Of a stretch of 64,000 nt of DNA, positions 9,640 to 18,651 are shown piece after piece. Every line of letters starts with the position of its first letter. The first letter of the stretch is position 1. A program made the position numbers and the translations under genes. The notes below the pieces were generated by a model that was not told where the DNA came from, made no database searches, and was given only the letters and a program-made list of their open reading frames with translations. The stretch is from Bacteroidota bacterium (GTDB lineage: Bacteria > Bacteroidota > Bacteroidia > Chitinophagales > UBA10324): positions 21,569-85,568 of the forward strand of contig BJGQ01000001.1 of the NCBI GenBank assembly GCA_014190575.1, written 5' to 3'.

Positions 9640-11046
9640 ATGGATAAAATAAAATTCGGAACCGACGGATGGAGAGCAATTATTGCAAAAGATTATACCG
9701 TTGCAAATGTTGCGCGTGTAAGTAAAGCCACCGCCGATTGGATTAATAAAAATGCTGAAAACAAATCTGTAGTGATTGGTTATGATTGCCGGTTTGGTGG
9801 TCAACTGTTTTCAGAAACTGCTGCAAAAGTTTTTTGCAGCGAAGGCATCAAAGTTTATTTAGCAAAAAGTTTTGCAAGTACTCCAATGGTTTCTTTGGGA
9901 TGTGTGCAATACAAAGTTGGGTTAGGTGTGGTAATTACAGCGAGTCACAACCCTCCTACTTATAACGGTTTTAAATTAAAAGGGAATCATGGCGGACCAT
10001 CTTCTCCTGAGGTGATTCAACAAGTGGAAGATTTAATTGCTGATACAACAGTTGAAGTAAAAGATTCGATTGAATCATATATTGAAAAAGGTTTGATTGA
10101 ATATGTGACCCTTGAAGGAAATTACATTGAACAGGTAAAGAAAGGTTTTGATCTTAAAGCCATTAATGAAAGCTGTATTCATTTGGCGTATGATGCCATG
10201 TACGGTGCAGGACAAAATGTTATTCGGCAATTGATTTCATCACCGCTGCTGTTACACTGCGATTACAATCCTTCGTTTAAAGGAACACCACCCGAACCAC
10301 TTGATAGAAACTTACAGGAATTAGCGCGAACCATAAAATCAGCAAAAGGAAAACTGACGGGACTTGCTACTGATGGCGATGCAGACCGAATCGGGATGTA
10401 TGATGAAGACGGAAATTTTGTGGATGCACATCACATCATTCTTTTACTTATTCATTATCTGTCGCAGTATAAAAAAATGACAGGTAAGGTTGTTATTGCA
10501 TTTTCAGTTTCGGAGAAGGTGCGCAAGTTGTGTGCGAAGTATAATATCCCTGTTGAAGTCACCAAGATTGGTTTCAAATATATCAGCGAAAAAATGGTAC
10601 ATGAAGATGTACTTGTTGGTGGCGAAGAATCAGGAGGCATTGCTGTGAAGGGCCACATACCGGAGCGTGATGGTATATGGGATGGATTGGTGCTGCTCGA
10701 GTTTATGGCGAAGACCGGAAAAACCATGAAACAGATTATTCAGGAAGTGTATGATGTAGTTGGTGCTTTTTATTTCGACCGTTTGGATTTGCATCTCGAA
10801 GAACCGCTCAAGCAACAAATCATTAAGAATTGCTTAGAGAAAAAATATACTGCCTTCGCAAAATACAAACCAATTCGCACCGAAGATATTGATGGATTCA
10901 AGTACCACCTCAGCGATAACGAGTGGTTCATGATTCGCCCATCGGGCACCGAACCTTTATTGCGTGTTTATGCCGAAGCACCTTCAAAAGAAGGTGTGAA
11001 TGAAATACTTGAAACAGTAAAAGGAGTTTTGTTAAATAATAAGTAA
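9640..11046 (+). CDS. Alpha-D-phosphohexomutase (phosphoglucomutase/phosphomannomutase family)
   Basis: Phosphoserine loop 'TASHNPPTYNG', Mg loop 'TDGDADR', sugar loop 'GGEESGG'. Confidence 0.85.
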   Translation: MDKIKFGTDGWRAIIAKDYTVANVARVSKATADWINKNAENKSVVIGYDCRFGGQLFSETAAKVFCSEGIKVYLAKSFASTPMVSLGCVQYKVGLGVVITASHNPPTYNGFKLKGNHGGPSSPEVIQQVEDLIADTTVEVKDSIESYIEKGLIEYVTLEGNYIEQVKKGFDLKAINESCIHLAYDAMYGAGQNVIRQLISSPLLLHCDYNPSFKGTPPEPLDRNLQELARTIKSAKGKLTGLATDGDADRIGMYDEDGNFVDAHHIILLLIHYLSQYKKMTGKVVIAFSVSEKVRKLCAKYNIPVEVTKIGFKYISEKMVHEDVLVGGEESGGIAVKGHIPERDGIWDGLVLLEFMAKTGKTMKQIIQEVYDVVGAFYFDRLDLHLEEPLKQQIIKNCLEKKYTAFAKYKPIRTEDIDGFKYHLSDNEWFMIRPSGTEPLLRVYAEAPSKEGVNEILETVKGVLLNNK

Positions 11047-11068
11047 GACTCTTACAAAGTATTTAAAT

Positions 11069-11548
11069 TTATTTCTTCAACAAAGCCATTTGCCCTGTAT
11101 GATAGGCAAGATGAGTGGCACGACTGATGATAATGTTTAATTTATTGCGATGGGGCTCTTTTGCGAAATCTTCTTCAGTAACTGAAGTGTGCTTCGAAAA
11201 CCAATCTTCCGGTTGCATCTTACTAAAATGCTCATTAAGATTAGCATTGCTGGCATTCCAGTAATTCCTTAAATCGCTTGCTGATACAGTTTGAGGTTTT
11301 GATTTGTCAGGAATTCTGATAAAAAGTTCGTTCAATTGTGGAAATTGTTGCTCACCAAAACCAAGTAATGGCAACATGTGGTCATTCACTGCGGTTAAAT
11401 GCCCGAGCAGGTAATAGCCGCTATTACGACCAGGTGCAACATCAGACATTAATTGCTCATCAGTCAGAATAGAAAGAAGCTTATCAAGGTCTTTTACTTT
11501 TGCGTTCCAGTTATCGAACGCCATTTTTACAAAAAATTGATTATTCAT
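11069..11548 (-). CDS. DinB-family protein
   Basis: 159 aa four-helix-bundle-sized protein with 'LLGHLTAVNDH' and C-terminal 'HLAYHTGQ' His motifs typical of DinB_2. Confidence 0.6.
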   Translation of the reverse strand: MNNQFFVKMAFDNWNAKVKDLDKLLSILTDEQLMSDVAPGRNSGYYLLGHLTAVNDHMLPLLGFGEQQFPQLNELFIRIPDKSKPQTVSASDLRNYWNASNANLNEHFSKMQPEDWFSKHTSVTEEDFAKEPHRNKLNIIISRATHLAYHTGQMALLKK

Positions 11549-11710
11549 TTTTTTATTTTAGTTGTTAGTAAAACCCTTATCAATTAGTTAAGGTTCATAA
11601 TGGTACAAACTAATATTTGGTCCTATTGCGACTTATTAATGCATCCAATGTAGCCAGATGGTTTCACCCGATACTTCATGTTGTAAAAAGAATTGATGAT
11701 GAAGAACATT

Positions 11711-12235
11711 TTAATATTCTCTTTTCGAATAACAAATACTGTAATCACGATGTGATTGCCAGTCGAGGTAGTTGCAGAAATAATTTCCCTGAACGAGATA
11801 CATTCTTTCTTCTATTGGATTTTCAACTGCAACGCAATAAGTTAAACCTCCTTGATAAGAAGGATAAAGACTGAACATGTCTTTGTATTCAATTTCTGCT
11901 ACTATTAAAAAAAGCGTATCACCATCCATTCTCCAAGTTCCGAAATCAATGTGGTGAAAAAACGGAAAGTCATTTTTGTTGCTTGATACTTCACGAGCAA
12001 AACTTCCGAAGCGATACAATTCCATTTCGTAGTAAGTTACTTCATCAGAAAACGGAATAACCTCCATATGTACACCATTGCCCATATCAATATTTTCAAA
12101 TCCATAAGAATGCGTGTAAGAATATTTACCATAAAAAACTTTCCGCAAACTATCCTGCTTCGACTTTGCATTTATTTGAGCACTTGCATCAAACAAAAAC
12201 AGGTTTAAAAACTGTAGCAACATCAATCTTTTCAT
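11711..12235 (-). CDS. Hypothetical secreted protein
   Basis: The internal Met at 12235 gives the signal peptide 'MKRLMLLQFLNLFLFDASAQ', and the longer ORF-track start adds a non-signal extension. No recognised domain. Confidence 0.5.
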   Translation of the reverse strand: MKRLMLLQFLNLFLFDASAQINAKSKQDSLRKVFYGKYSYTHSYGFENIDMGNGVHMEVIPFSDEVTYYEMELYRFGSFAREVSSNKNDFPFFHHIDFGTWRMDGDTLFLIVAEIEYKDMFSLYPSYQGGLTYCVAVENPIEERMYLVQGNYFCNYLDWQSHRDYSICYSKREY

Positions 12236-12352
12236 GCAATAAAATTTATTCACAGATAAAACACCACACATTTTTCCATAAATATTTTTATGCATTCTCC
12301 TATGTGCGTTGAACGATTAACATATATTCAATTGCTACTTCTTTAAAAAATA

Positions 12353-13144
12353 TTAAGTGATGGTGTGTTTGCTTGACTTGCTTTTATCGACAGCAATAGC
12401 ATGTTCTTCGAGTTGTTCGGCTGTTACACTTCGTTTCAGCATTTTGATTCGAACGGAGTGAAATATGCTTACTGCAGGACCAACCAAAATATAAATCATT
12501 CCTGCCATGCCTGATTTTTCCTTTTGTAATAGAAGGGCCACTGCAATTGACAGTGCTCCAACTGTCATCATTAAAATATTCTGAAACATTTCTGTTTTCA
12601 GATTGAATAACTCCACTTCGCTAAGATGAAGTTCTTTCCGCTTGCGCCATGCGTGTTGAAAAAGTAAAAACAGCATCAGATAAACTGTCATGAATCCGCC
12701 ACTGTAAACAATCATCAGTTGCTGCATTTCCTCACCTGAAGTAATGCGGTTGATGATTTCTCCATTGTGTTCTACCTGATTTCCGCCTCCGGCTAAAAAT
12801 GAAAACAAAAACTTTAATGGATATACATAAAACAAAATAACAAAAAGCAAAACAGCATTTAATACAATGCTAGTGCGGTCGCGCAAACCGAAGTAACGGA
12901 AAAATAAATACTGTTTATACCAGATCATAAACAAAAAAGTAAAACAGATGCCGAATCCAACCATACCCCTCATTCCTTCCAACAATTCGTGAAAAGTAAT
13001 GGGTACTTCAAGCGAAACTATTGTTAGTGTTACAGCAAAAGCAATTACCGCATCACTTAATGCCTCAATGCGAAGCAACTCGTGATTGCGCCACACAAAG
13101 TGTCCGGTTCTTCTTCCAATGGGTTTTAAAACTTTATCACGCAT
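12353..13144 (-). CDS. TMEM175/DUF1211 family potassium channel homologue
   Basis: 'RIEALSDAVIAFAVTLTIV' matches the R-x-E-x-FSD-G-V-x-A-I TM1 signature (F replaced by L). About six hydrophobic helices in 263 aa. Confidence 0.7.
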   Translation of the reverse strand: MRDKVLKPIGRRTGHFVWRNHELLRIEALSDAVIAFAVTLTIVSLEVPITFHELLEGMRGMVGFGICFTFLFMIWYKQYLFFRYFGLRDRTSIVLNAVLLFVILFYVYPLKFLFSFLAGGGNQVEHNGEIINRITSGEEMQQLMIVYSGGFMTVYLMLFLLFQHAWRKRKELHLSEVELFNLKTEMFQNILMMTVGALSIAVALLLQKEKSGMAGMIYILVGPAVSIFHSVRIKMLKRSVTAEQLEEHAIAVDKSKSSKHTIT

Positions 13145-13267
13145 AACAATTTTCAGTTTGAGAATGGAAATATAACGGGAAAATATTTTTTCAATAATTT
13201 ATATCAGCGCTCGAAACAAAGCGACTCTATTAATTTCTCTGAAACAAAATTTGGCTGAGATATAAAT

Positions 13268-13618
13268 TCAATGCACCACCACTTTTTCTGATACTTCTGT
13301 TTTTCCTTTCCGAATTGAAACTCCATCCTTCCGAACAGCATTTAATACAACGGTGTAAGTGCCGGGCGATGAAAATTTATGTCCGATGGGTTGTGCCTGA
13401 CCCAGTATAGTTGAATCGGGAGTTCCATCGCCGAACGACCATTTATAAGTGAAAGCCAAATCAGTACAAGCGGGGTCGAAATAAACAATGGTGGATGTAT
13501 CGGGTGCTTCAGGATAATAAGTGAAGCACGCATGTTCAACTGGAGTACATGCCTGAAACATGCAAATGCAACAAATGATGAGAAATGAATTCTTCAGATA
13601 CTTGCTGCTAAAAATCAT
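13268..13618 (-). CDS. PKD-domain lipoprotein
   Basis: The start at 13618 gives the lipobox-like 'ICMFQAC'. PKD core 'YKWSFGDGTPDS...GTYTVVLNAV'. Confidence 0.6.
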   Translation of the reverse strand: MIFSSKYLKNSFLIICCICMFQACTPVEHACFTYYPEAPDTSTIVYFDPACTDLAFTYKWSFGDGTPDSTILGQAQPIGHKFSSPGTYTVVLNAVRKDGVSIRKGKTEVSEKVVVH

Positions 13619-13712
13619 TCTGTAAAATAAAAACAATAAAGAATGTAGATAATATTCTATTGAAATTAATTTGAGGAGTTTATTCATTTAACTATAAAAA
13701 ACGCAGATCAGT

Positions 13713-13760
13713 AAAAAAGTCCGGTTGCATGTAAGGGGTTTCGTGCAGCCGGATTTTTTT
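13713..13760 (+). repeat. Conserved terminator-like hairpin element, copy 1 (orphan, in a divergent intergenic region)
   Basis: A6, then GTCCGGTTGCA (13719-13729), a 14-nt loop TGTAAGGGGTTTCG, TGCAGCCGGAT (13744-13754), then T7. 11-bp stem including two G-U pairs. Confidence 0.5.
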
Positions 13761-13802
13761 ATTCAGTTCATAATTACATTTGTTTTACATGCTAATCTCT
13801 TA

Positions 13803-14486
13803 ATGAAGAAACATTTCATTCTGGTTGTTGTTTTAATTTGTTGTTCCTTCATTTCAAGAAGCCAGAAATGGGAATTAAAAAATATCAGCAACATTGTTGC
13901 AGTAAGTTTTCCTGATTCAGTGAAAGAACAGAAACAAAATGATGTTCAGATTTTTATTTCACAAACAGCTACTCTTGTTTTTGCTGCAAGCTTAAAAGAA
14001 GTAAAAAATAATGAAGTGTTGCAATCAGAAGCTGATCTTGATTCGGTTTACAATGCAACTTTTAAGGCGCTTACTGATAATGGTCAATGGAAATTATTAA
14101 GTAAGGAAAAAATTATGGCGGGAAATTTAAAGGCAATGGATGCGCAGTTGCGCTACATGCAATTTGATACAATTCCTTTATATTTTTACTTCAGAGTTAT
14201 TTGTTTGAATCATATAGTTTATTGCCTTTTTGTTTCAAAAGCAATTGAATTCAATTCCATTGAACTTGCTGCCAAAGACAGATTCTTAAATTCATTCAAA
14301 GTAACTTCTGATTCAATCAAATTGATTCAATTTGATTCATCAGCCGGCAATATTGCTTATAACATTGCATATAAGTTTGGTAAGCTTATCGGTTACCTAA
14401 TAGTACCACTTCTTATTGTATTAATTATATACGGGTTGAGAAGATTTTTCAAAAAAAATAAAAAATCACCAGGCAATATTGAATGA
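13803..14486 (+). CDS. Hypothetical membrane-anchored secreted protein
   Basis: The ATG at 13803 gives the signal peptide 'MKKHFILVVVLICCSFISRSQ'. C-terminal TM 'LIGYLIVPLLIVLIIYGL' is followed by a basic tail. The ORF-track TTG start at 13725 runs through a hairpin element. Confidence 0.55.
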   Translation: MKKHFILVVVLICCSFISRSQKWELKNISNIVAVSFPDSVKEQKQNDVQIFISQTATLVFAASLKEVKNNEVLQSEADLDSVYNATFKALTDNGQWKLLSKEKIMAGNLKAMDAQLRYMQFDTIPLYFYFRVICLNHIVYCLFVSKAIEFNSIELAAKDRFLNSFKVTSDSIKLIQFDSSAGNIAYNIAYKFGKLIGYLIVPLLIVLIIYGLRRFFKKNKKSPGNIE

Positions 14487-14514
14487 ATATTCAATTCGTG
14501 CAGCCGGATTTTTT
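14461..14514 (+). repeat. Conserved terminator-like hairpin element, copy 2 (degenerate left arm), just after the 13803-14486 stop
   Basis: The core TTCGTGCAGCCGGATTTTTT (14495-14514) is identical to copy 1. The left arm 'CACCAGGCA' is only partly complementary. Confidence 0.4.
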
Positions 14515-14591
14515 ATAACCGAACACGCTGAATCACGCGGTTTAAATAATCTGTAATTTATTTTTATATTTGATTTACTAAAATCAATAAC

Positions 14592-16322
14592 ATGAAACAC
14601 CAGTTTTATTTAGCCGCAATGCTGTTGCTCATGCTTGGCTGTAACAGCGGCAGTTCCATTAAAGAAGTTGCTTCAGCAAACGATTCCGCCAAACAAGAGC
14701 ACTATTGCTGTACACCCAAAACCACCGATAAAGATTGGTACAGCGATACAACCACCGCACCGCTGTTTGATGGATTGAGCGGAATTGATTTTAAGATTAC
14801 CACTACCAGCACCCGCGCGCAGCGATACTTTAATCAGGGCATGATGCTATCGTATGGTTTCAATCACGCCGAGGCGGGGCGCTCGTTTTATCAATCAATG
14901 CGCGAAGATTCAAATTGTGCAATGTGTTACTGGGGTTTTGCTTATGTGCTTGGCCCCAATTACAATGGAGGAATGGAACCGGATAATTTTCAACGGGCTT
15001 ATGATGCAGTACAGAAAGCGTTGAAGCTATCGGTTAACAGCAATGAAAAAGAAAAAGCATTGATTGATGCGCTTACACACCGCTATGCAAAAGACCCACC
15101 TGAAAACCGTAGTGAATTAGATAAAGATTATGCCGCAGCAATGAAAAAGGTTTACACAAAATATTCTGATGATGCAGATATAGGAGCCCTTTATGCTGAG
15201 AGTTTAATGGATTTGCATCCGTGGGATTTGTATGAGAAAAAAACAAAGCAACCCAAGAGCTGGACTCCTGAAATTATTGCAGTACTTGAACATTTAATGA
15301 AACAAAATCCAAATCACCCCGGAGCGCATCATTTTTATATTCATGCATTGGAAGCATCGGCAACACCTGAGCTTGCATTGCAAAGCGCACAATTAATTCC
15401 GAAACTTGTGCCCGGTTCAGGTCATCTCGTTCACATGCCTGCACACATATACATTAACACCGGCGATTACCACCTTGCCACACTCGCCAATATTGATGCA
15501 ATAAAGGTGGATAGCAACTATACAACATCATGTCATGCGCAGGGTGTTTATCCGCTTGCTTACTATCCGCACAACTATCATTTTCTTATTGCCACCGCCA
15601 CACTGGAAGGCAACTCGAAACTGGCATGGATGGCTTCGCAAAAAATGCGCGCAAATACATCACTTGATATTATGCAGAAACCCGGATGGGGAACATTGCA
15701 ACATTACTATACTATTCCTTTTTATGTTGCGGTGAAACTTGCAATGTGGGATACCATTTTTGCCTTTAAAGACGAAGCAAAGGAATTGATATATCCGAAT
15801 GCAGTGCTGCACTACGCCAGAGGAATGGCTTACTTAGGAAAGAATGACATTGCCAAAGCAGAAGTGGAATTAATTGAATTAACGAAACTGGCAAACGATA
15901 CTTCGCTGAAAGCACTTAGCATTTGGGGAATTAACACCACAGCCGACCTGATGCAGATTGCAGTAAAGGTTTTGAAGGCAGAGCTATTGGAGAAACAAGG
16001 CAAGAGTAATGAAGCCATTGCATTGCTTAAGGAAGCTGTTGCATTTGAAGATCAGTTGAATTACGATGAACCACCCGATTGGTTTTTCTCGGTCCGCCAT
16101 TATTTAGGTGAGGAACTGCTGAATGCCGGAAAATTTGCCGAAGCCGAAAAAGTGTTTCTTGAAGATTTAAAAACCTGGAAAGAAAACGGTTGGGCCTTAA
16201 TCGGACTTTACACATCGTTGCAAAAGCAAAACAAAACAGCAGCAGCAACAGCAGTTAAAACACGATTCGATAAGGCCTGGCAGTATGCCGATTTTAAAAT
16301 CACATCCTCGTCTTTATTGTAA
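14592..16322 (+). CDS. TPR-like helical-repeat lipoprotein, function unknown
   Basis: Lipoprotein signal 'LLLMLGCNSG'. Helical repeat pattern throughout, for example 'AEAGRSFYQSM' and 'YARGMAYLGKNDIAKAEVEL'. Confidence 0.6.
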   Translation: MKHQFYLAAMLLLMLGCNSGSSIKEVASANDSAKQEHYCCTPKTTDKDWYSDTTTAPLFDGLSGIDFKITTTSTRAQRYFNQGMMLSYGFNHAEAGRSFYQSMREDSNCAMCYWGFAYVLGPNYNGGMEPDNFQRAYDAVQKALKLSVNSNEKEKALIDALTHRYAKDPPENRSELDKDYAAAMKKVYTKYSDDADIGALYAESLMDLHPWDLYEKKTKQPKSWTPEIIAVLEHLMKQNPNHPGAHHFYIHALEASATPELALQSAQLIPKLVPGSGHLVHMPAHIYINTGDYHLATLANIDAIKVDSNYTTSCHAQGVYPLAYYPHNYHFLIATATLEGNSKLAWMASQKMRANTSLDIMQKPGWGTLQHYYTIPFYVAVKLAMWDTIFAFKDEAKELIYPNAVLHYARGMAYLGKNDIAKAEVELIELTKLANDTSLKALSIWGINTTADLMQIAVKVLKAELLEKQGKSNEAIALLKEAVAFEDQLNYDEPPDWFFSVRHYLGEELLNAGKFAEAEKVFLEDLKTWKENGWALIGLYTSLQKQNKTAAATAVKTRFDKAWQYADFKITSSSLL

Positions 16323-16363
16323 CAGTTATTAATAGAGAATAAAAAGCAATTGCATTGTATTCT

Positions 16364-16403
16364 CCGGTTATATGAATTGGGTTTCGTGTGGCCTGATTTT
16401 TTT
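16364..16403 (+). repeat. Conserved terminator-like hairpin element, copy 3, downstream of the 14592-16322 gene
   Basis: CCGGTTATA (16364-16372), a 14-nt loop TGAATTGGGTTTCG, TGTGGCCTG (16387-16395), then A and T7. Same loop length and loop 3' half (GGGTTTCG) as copy 1. Confidence 0.5.
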
Positions 16404-16460
16404 GTAGCATGAATACGAGATTACAATAATCATTAAAATAAAATCCTGAAATTCATTCAA

Positions 16461-16468
16461 TACTTTTG
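16461..16468 (+). promoter_or_regulatory. Bacteroidota-type -7 box very close to the 16476 start codon
   Basis: TACTTTTG ends 7 nt before the ATG, which implies a leaderless or near-leaderless mRNA if the box is functional. Confidence 0.25.
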
Positions 16469-16475
16469 AAGGCCG

Positions 16476-17405
16476 ATGAAAATTCTTTGTTCGTTACTTC
16501 TTATTTTAATTTCATATTCCAGTTCAGCTCAAACCTCCTTCCTCACTCCTTCTGATTCATTAAAAAAAGGTCGAGTACTAACTGTAGCCGGCAGCTGGGT
16601 TGGCATTTACGGAACCACTATGATTGGGTTAAATGCGTTGTGGTATAAAAATTATCCCCGAAGCAGTTTCCATTTCTTTGATGACAATGGCGAATGGAAT
16701 CAGGTAGATAAAGTAGGTCATTCATATACGGCTTACATTGAAAGTCAATGGAGCACTATGGCTTTTCAATGGGCAGGAATGAAAAAGAATAAAGCCGCAA
16801 TTTTAGGTGGGCTTACCGGATTCACTTTGCAAACCACCATTGAAATTCTGGATGGTTTCTCTTCGAAATGGGGATTTTCTGTTGGAGATATTTCAGCTAA
16901 TACTTTAGGTTCAGCCATTAATGTTTCTCAAAATCTGCTATGGAATGAGCAACGGATTCGTATGAAGTTTTCTTCTCACCCGGTTAAATACGATGAAGAG
17001 GTAAAAACAAGGGCGAATGATTTATATGGTACTTCCATTCCCGAATTGGTAATGAAGGATTACAACGGACAAACTTATTGGCTATCAGTAAATCCATATT
17101 CATTTATAAAAACAGAAAGTAAATTTCCAAAGTGGTTGAACATTGCAGTTGGATATGGTGCTGCTGGAATGCTCGGCGGTTTCGAAAATAAATGGAACGA
17201 CGAAAACGGAAATGAAATAAACCGAACAGATATAAAACGCACACGACAATTTTATCTCACTCCGGATATTTCGTTCAGCCGCATCAAAACCAATTCACAT
17301 TTCCTGAAAACAATATTTGAATTGGCTGATGTAATAAAATTTCCTGCTCCCGCTTTGGAGTATAACACAGCCGGAAAATTAAAAGGGTATTTGATTTATT
17401 TTTAA
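16476..17405 (+). CDS. DUF2279-like secreted protein (tentative)
   Basis: Signal peptide 'ISYSSSAQ'. 'FFDDNGEWNQVDKVGHSYTAY' resembles the DUF2279 D-K-x-x-H core (recall only). Confidence 0.45.
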   Translation: MKILCSLLLILISYSSSAQTSFLTPSDSLKKGRVLTVAGSWVGIYGTTMIGLNALWYKNYPRSSFHFFDDNGEWNQVDKVGHSYTAYIESQWSTMAFQWAGMKKNKAAILGGLTGFTLQTTIEILDGFSSKWGFSVGDISANTLGSAINVSQNLLWNEQRIRMKFSSHPVKYDEEVKTRANDLYGTSIPELVMKDYNGQTYWLSVNPYSFIKTESKFPKWLNIAVGYGAAGMLGGFENKWNDENGNEINRTDIKRTRQFYLTPDISFSRIKTNSHFLKTIFELADVIKFPAPALEYNTAGKLKGYLIYF

Positions 17406-17482
17406 GAATATCAGGGTTGTGTTTACTTCTTCTTTTCCAAACAAACAAATGCAATCAGATTGGGCAATATGAAGAATTAATT

Positions 17483-17490
17483 TAGGTTTG
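17483..17490 (+). promoter_or_regulatory. Bacteroidota-type -7 box (TAnnTTTG) upstream of ilvE
   Basis: TAGGTTTG lies 22 nt upstream of the ATG at 17513. Confidence 0.35.
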
Positions 17491-17512
17491 TATTCAACAG
17501 AAATTTCAGAAA

Positions 17513-18595
17513 ATGGATTATACAATTGAAATTACCCGTGCAAAAAATTCAAGGATTGGTGAAGTGGATTTTGATAATCTGCAATTCGGAAAATTTTATT
17601 CTGATCATATGTTTCTCGCAGAGTATGCCAATGGTCAGTGGCAAAATGCGCGCATCATTCCGTTTGGTGATTTGCAATTGAGTCCTGCAAGTTCATTCAT
17701 GCATTACGGTCAGGCAATTTTCGAAGGTATGAAGGCATTTAAAGATGAAAACGGAAATGCACTTTTGTTCCGTACCGATCAAAACCACAAGCGCTGGAAT
17801 ATTTCTGCAAAAAGAATGGGAATGCCTGAAATTCCATTCGATCTTTTTAATGCCGCATTGAATGAATTAGTATCGCTCGATAAAAATTGGATTCCTACAC
17901 AAGATGGTTGCTCATTGTACCTGCGACCTTTTATGTTTGCTACTGATGTGCATGTTGGAATACGACCTACTGAAAATTTTACTTTTTGCATTATCACTTC
18001 ACCTGCCGGCAGATATTATTCAAAACCGGTAAGAGTATTAGCTGCTGATAAATATGTTCGTGCATTTCCTGGTGGAACCGGTTATGCAAAAGCATCTGGA
18101 AATTACGGAGCAAGCATGTTGCCATTGAAAGAAGCAATTGAAAAAGGATATGATCAGGTGTTATGGATGGATGGATTTGAGTTTCGCTATGCCGAAGAAA
18201 TTGGTTCGATGAATGTATTTTTTATTGTGGATGGTGTTGTAAAAACTCCTGCGTTAGTCGGAACAATTTTAGATGGTGTAACTCGCGACTCCTGTATTCA
18301 ACTGTTGCGCAGCTACGGATTGACTGTAGAAGAAACCAGAGTTGATCTGAATGAATTATTAAAAGCATATCGAGAAGGAAAATTGCAGGATGCATTCGGA
18401 ACAGGAACCGCAGCATCAGTTGCTCCCATTTCGCACATCGGTTATAAAGGAACAGTGATGGAATTGCCTGCAGTTGAATCAAGAGAAATATCTATTCGAC
18501 TGAAAAAAGATTTAGAAGGAATTAAAACAGGAAATGTGGTTGATAAATTTAACTGGGTTACTAAAGTTCAATCTCCTCTTTCAGCATTGGTATAA
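17513..18595 (+). CDS. ilvE: Branched-chain amino acid aminotransferase
   Basis: Class IV aminotransferase motifs 'FGKFYSDHMF', 'HYGQAIFEGMKAF', 'GTGYAKASGNY'. 360 aa. Confidence 0.9.
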   Translation: MDYTIEITRAKNSRIGEVDFDNLQFGKFYSDHMFLAEYANGQWQNARIIPFGDLQLSPASSFMHYGQAIFEGMKAFKDENGNALLFRTDQNHKRWNISAKRMGMPEIPFDLFNAALNELVSLDKNWIPTQDGCSLYLRPFMFATDVHVGIRPTENFTFCIITSPAGRYYSKPVRVLAADKYVRAFPGGTGYAKASGNYGASMLPLKEAIEKGYDQVLWMDGFEFRYAEEIGSMNVFFIVDGVVKTPALVGTILDGVTRDSCIQLLRSYGLTVEETRVDLNELLKAYREGKLQDAFGTGTAASVAPISHIGYKGTVMELPAVESREISIRLKKDLEGIKTGNVVDKFNWVTKVQSPLSALV

Positions 18596-18632
18596 AAATA
18601 AAAAAGCCATTCGGAAAAATTTCAGAATGGCT
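18594..18632 (-). terminator. Rho-independent terminator between convergent ilvE and the OMP gene (best on minus strand)
   Basis: Stem AGCCATTC (18605-18612) pairs with GAATGGCT (18625-18632). The A-run at 18597-18605 becomes a U-tract on the minus strand. On the plus strand only TT follows. Confidence 0.6.
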
Positions 18633-18651
18633 TGAAAAAAAATTGAAAAAA

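Noticed and set aside
13725-13802. A TTG-initiated extension of the 13803 ORF.
   Set aside because: It uses a non-ATG start, it translates straight through the hairpin and T-tract element, and the ATG at 13803 yields a proper signal peptide.
16387-16404. Reading the repeat core (TGGCCTGATTTTTTTGT) as a sigma-54 -24/-12 promoter.
   Set aside because: The GG-N10-GC spacing is not met, and copies 1 and 2 lack the TGGC element entirely.
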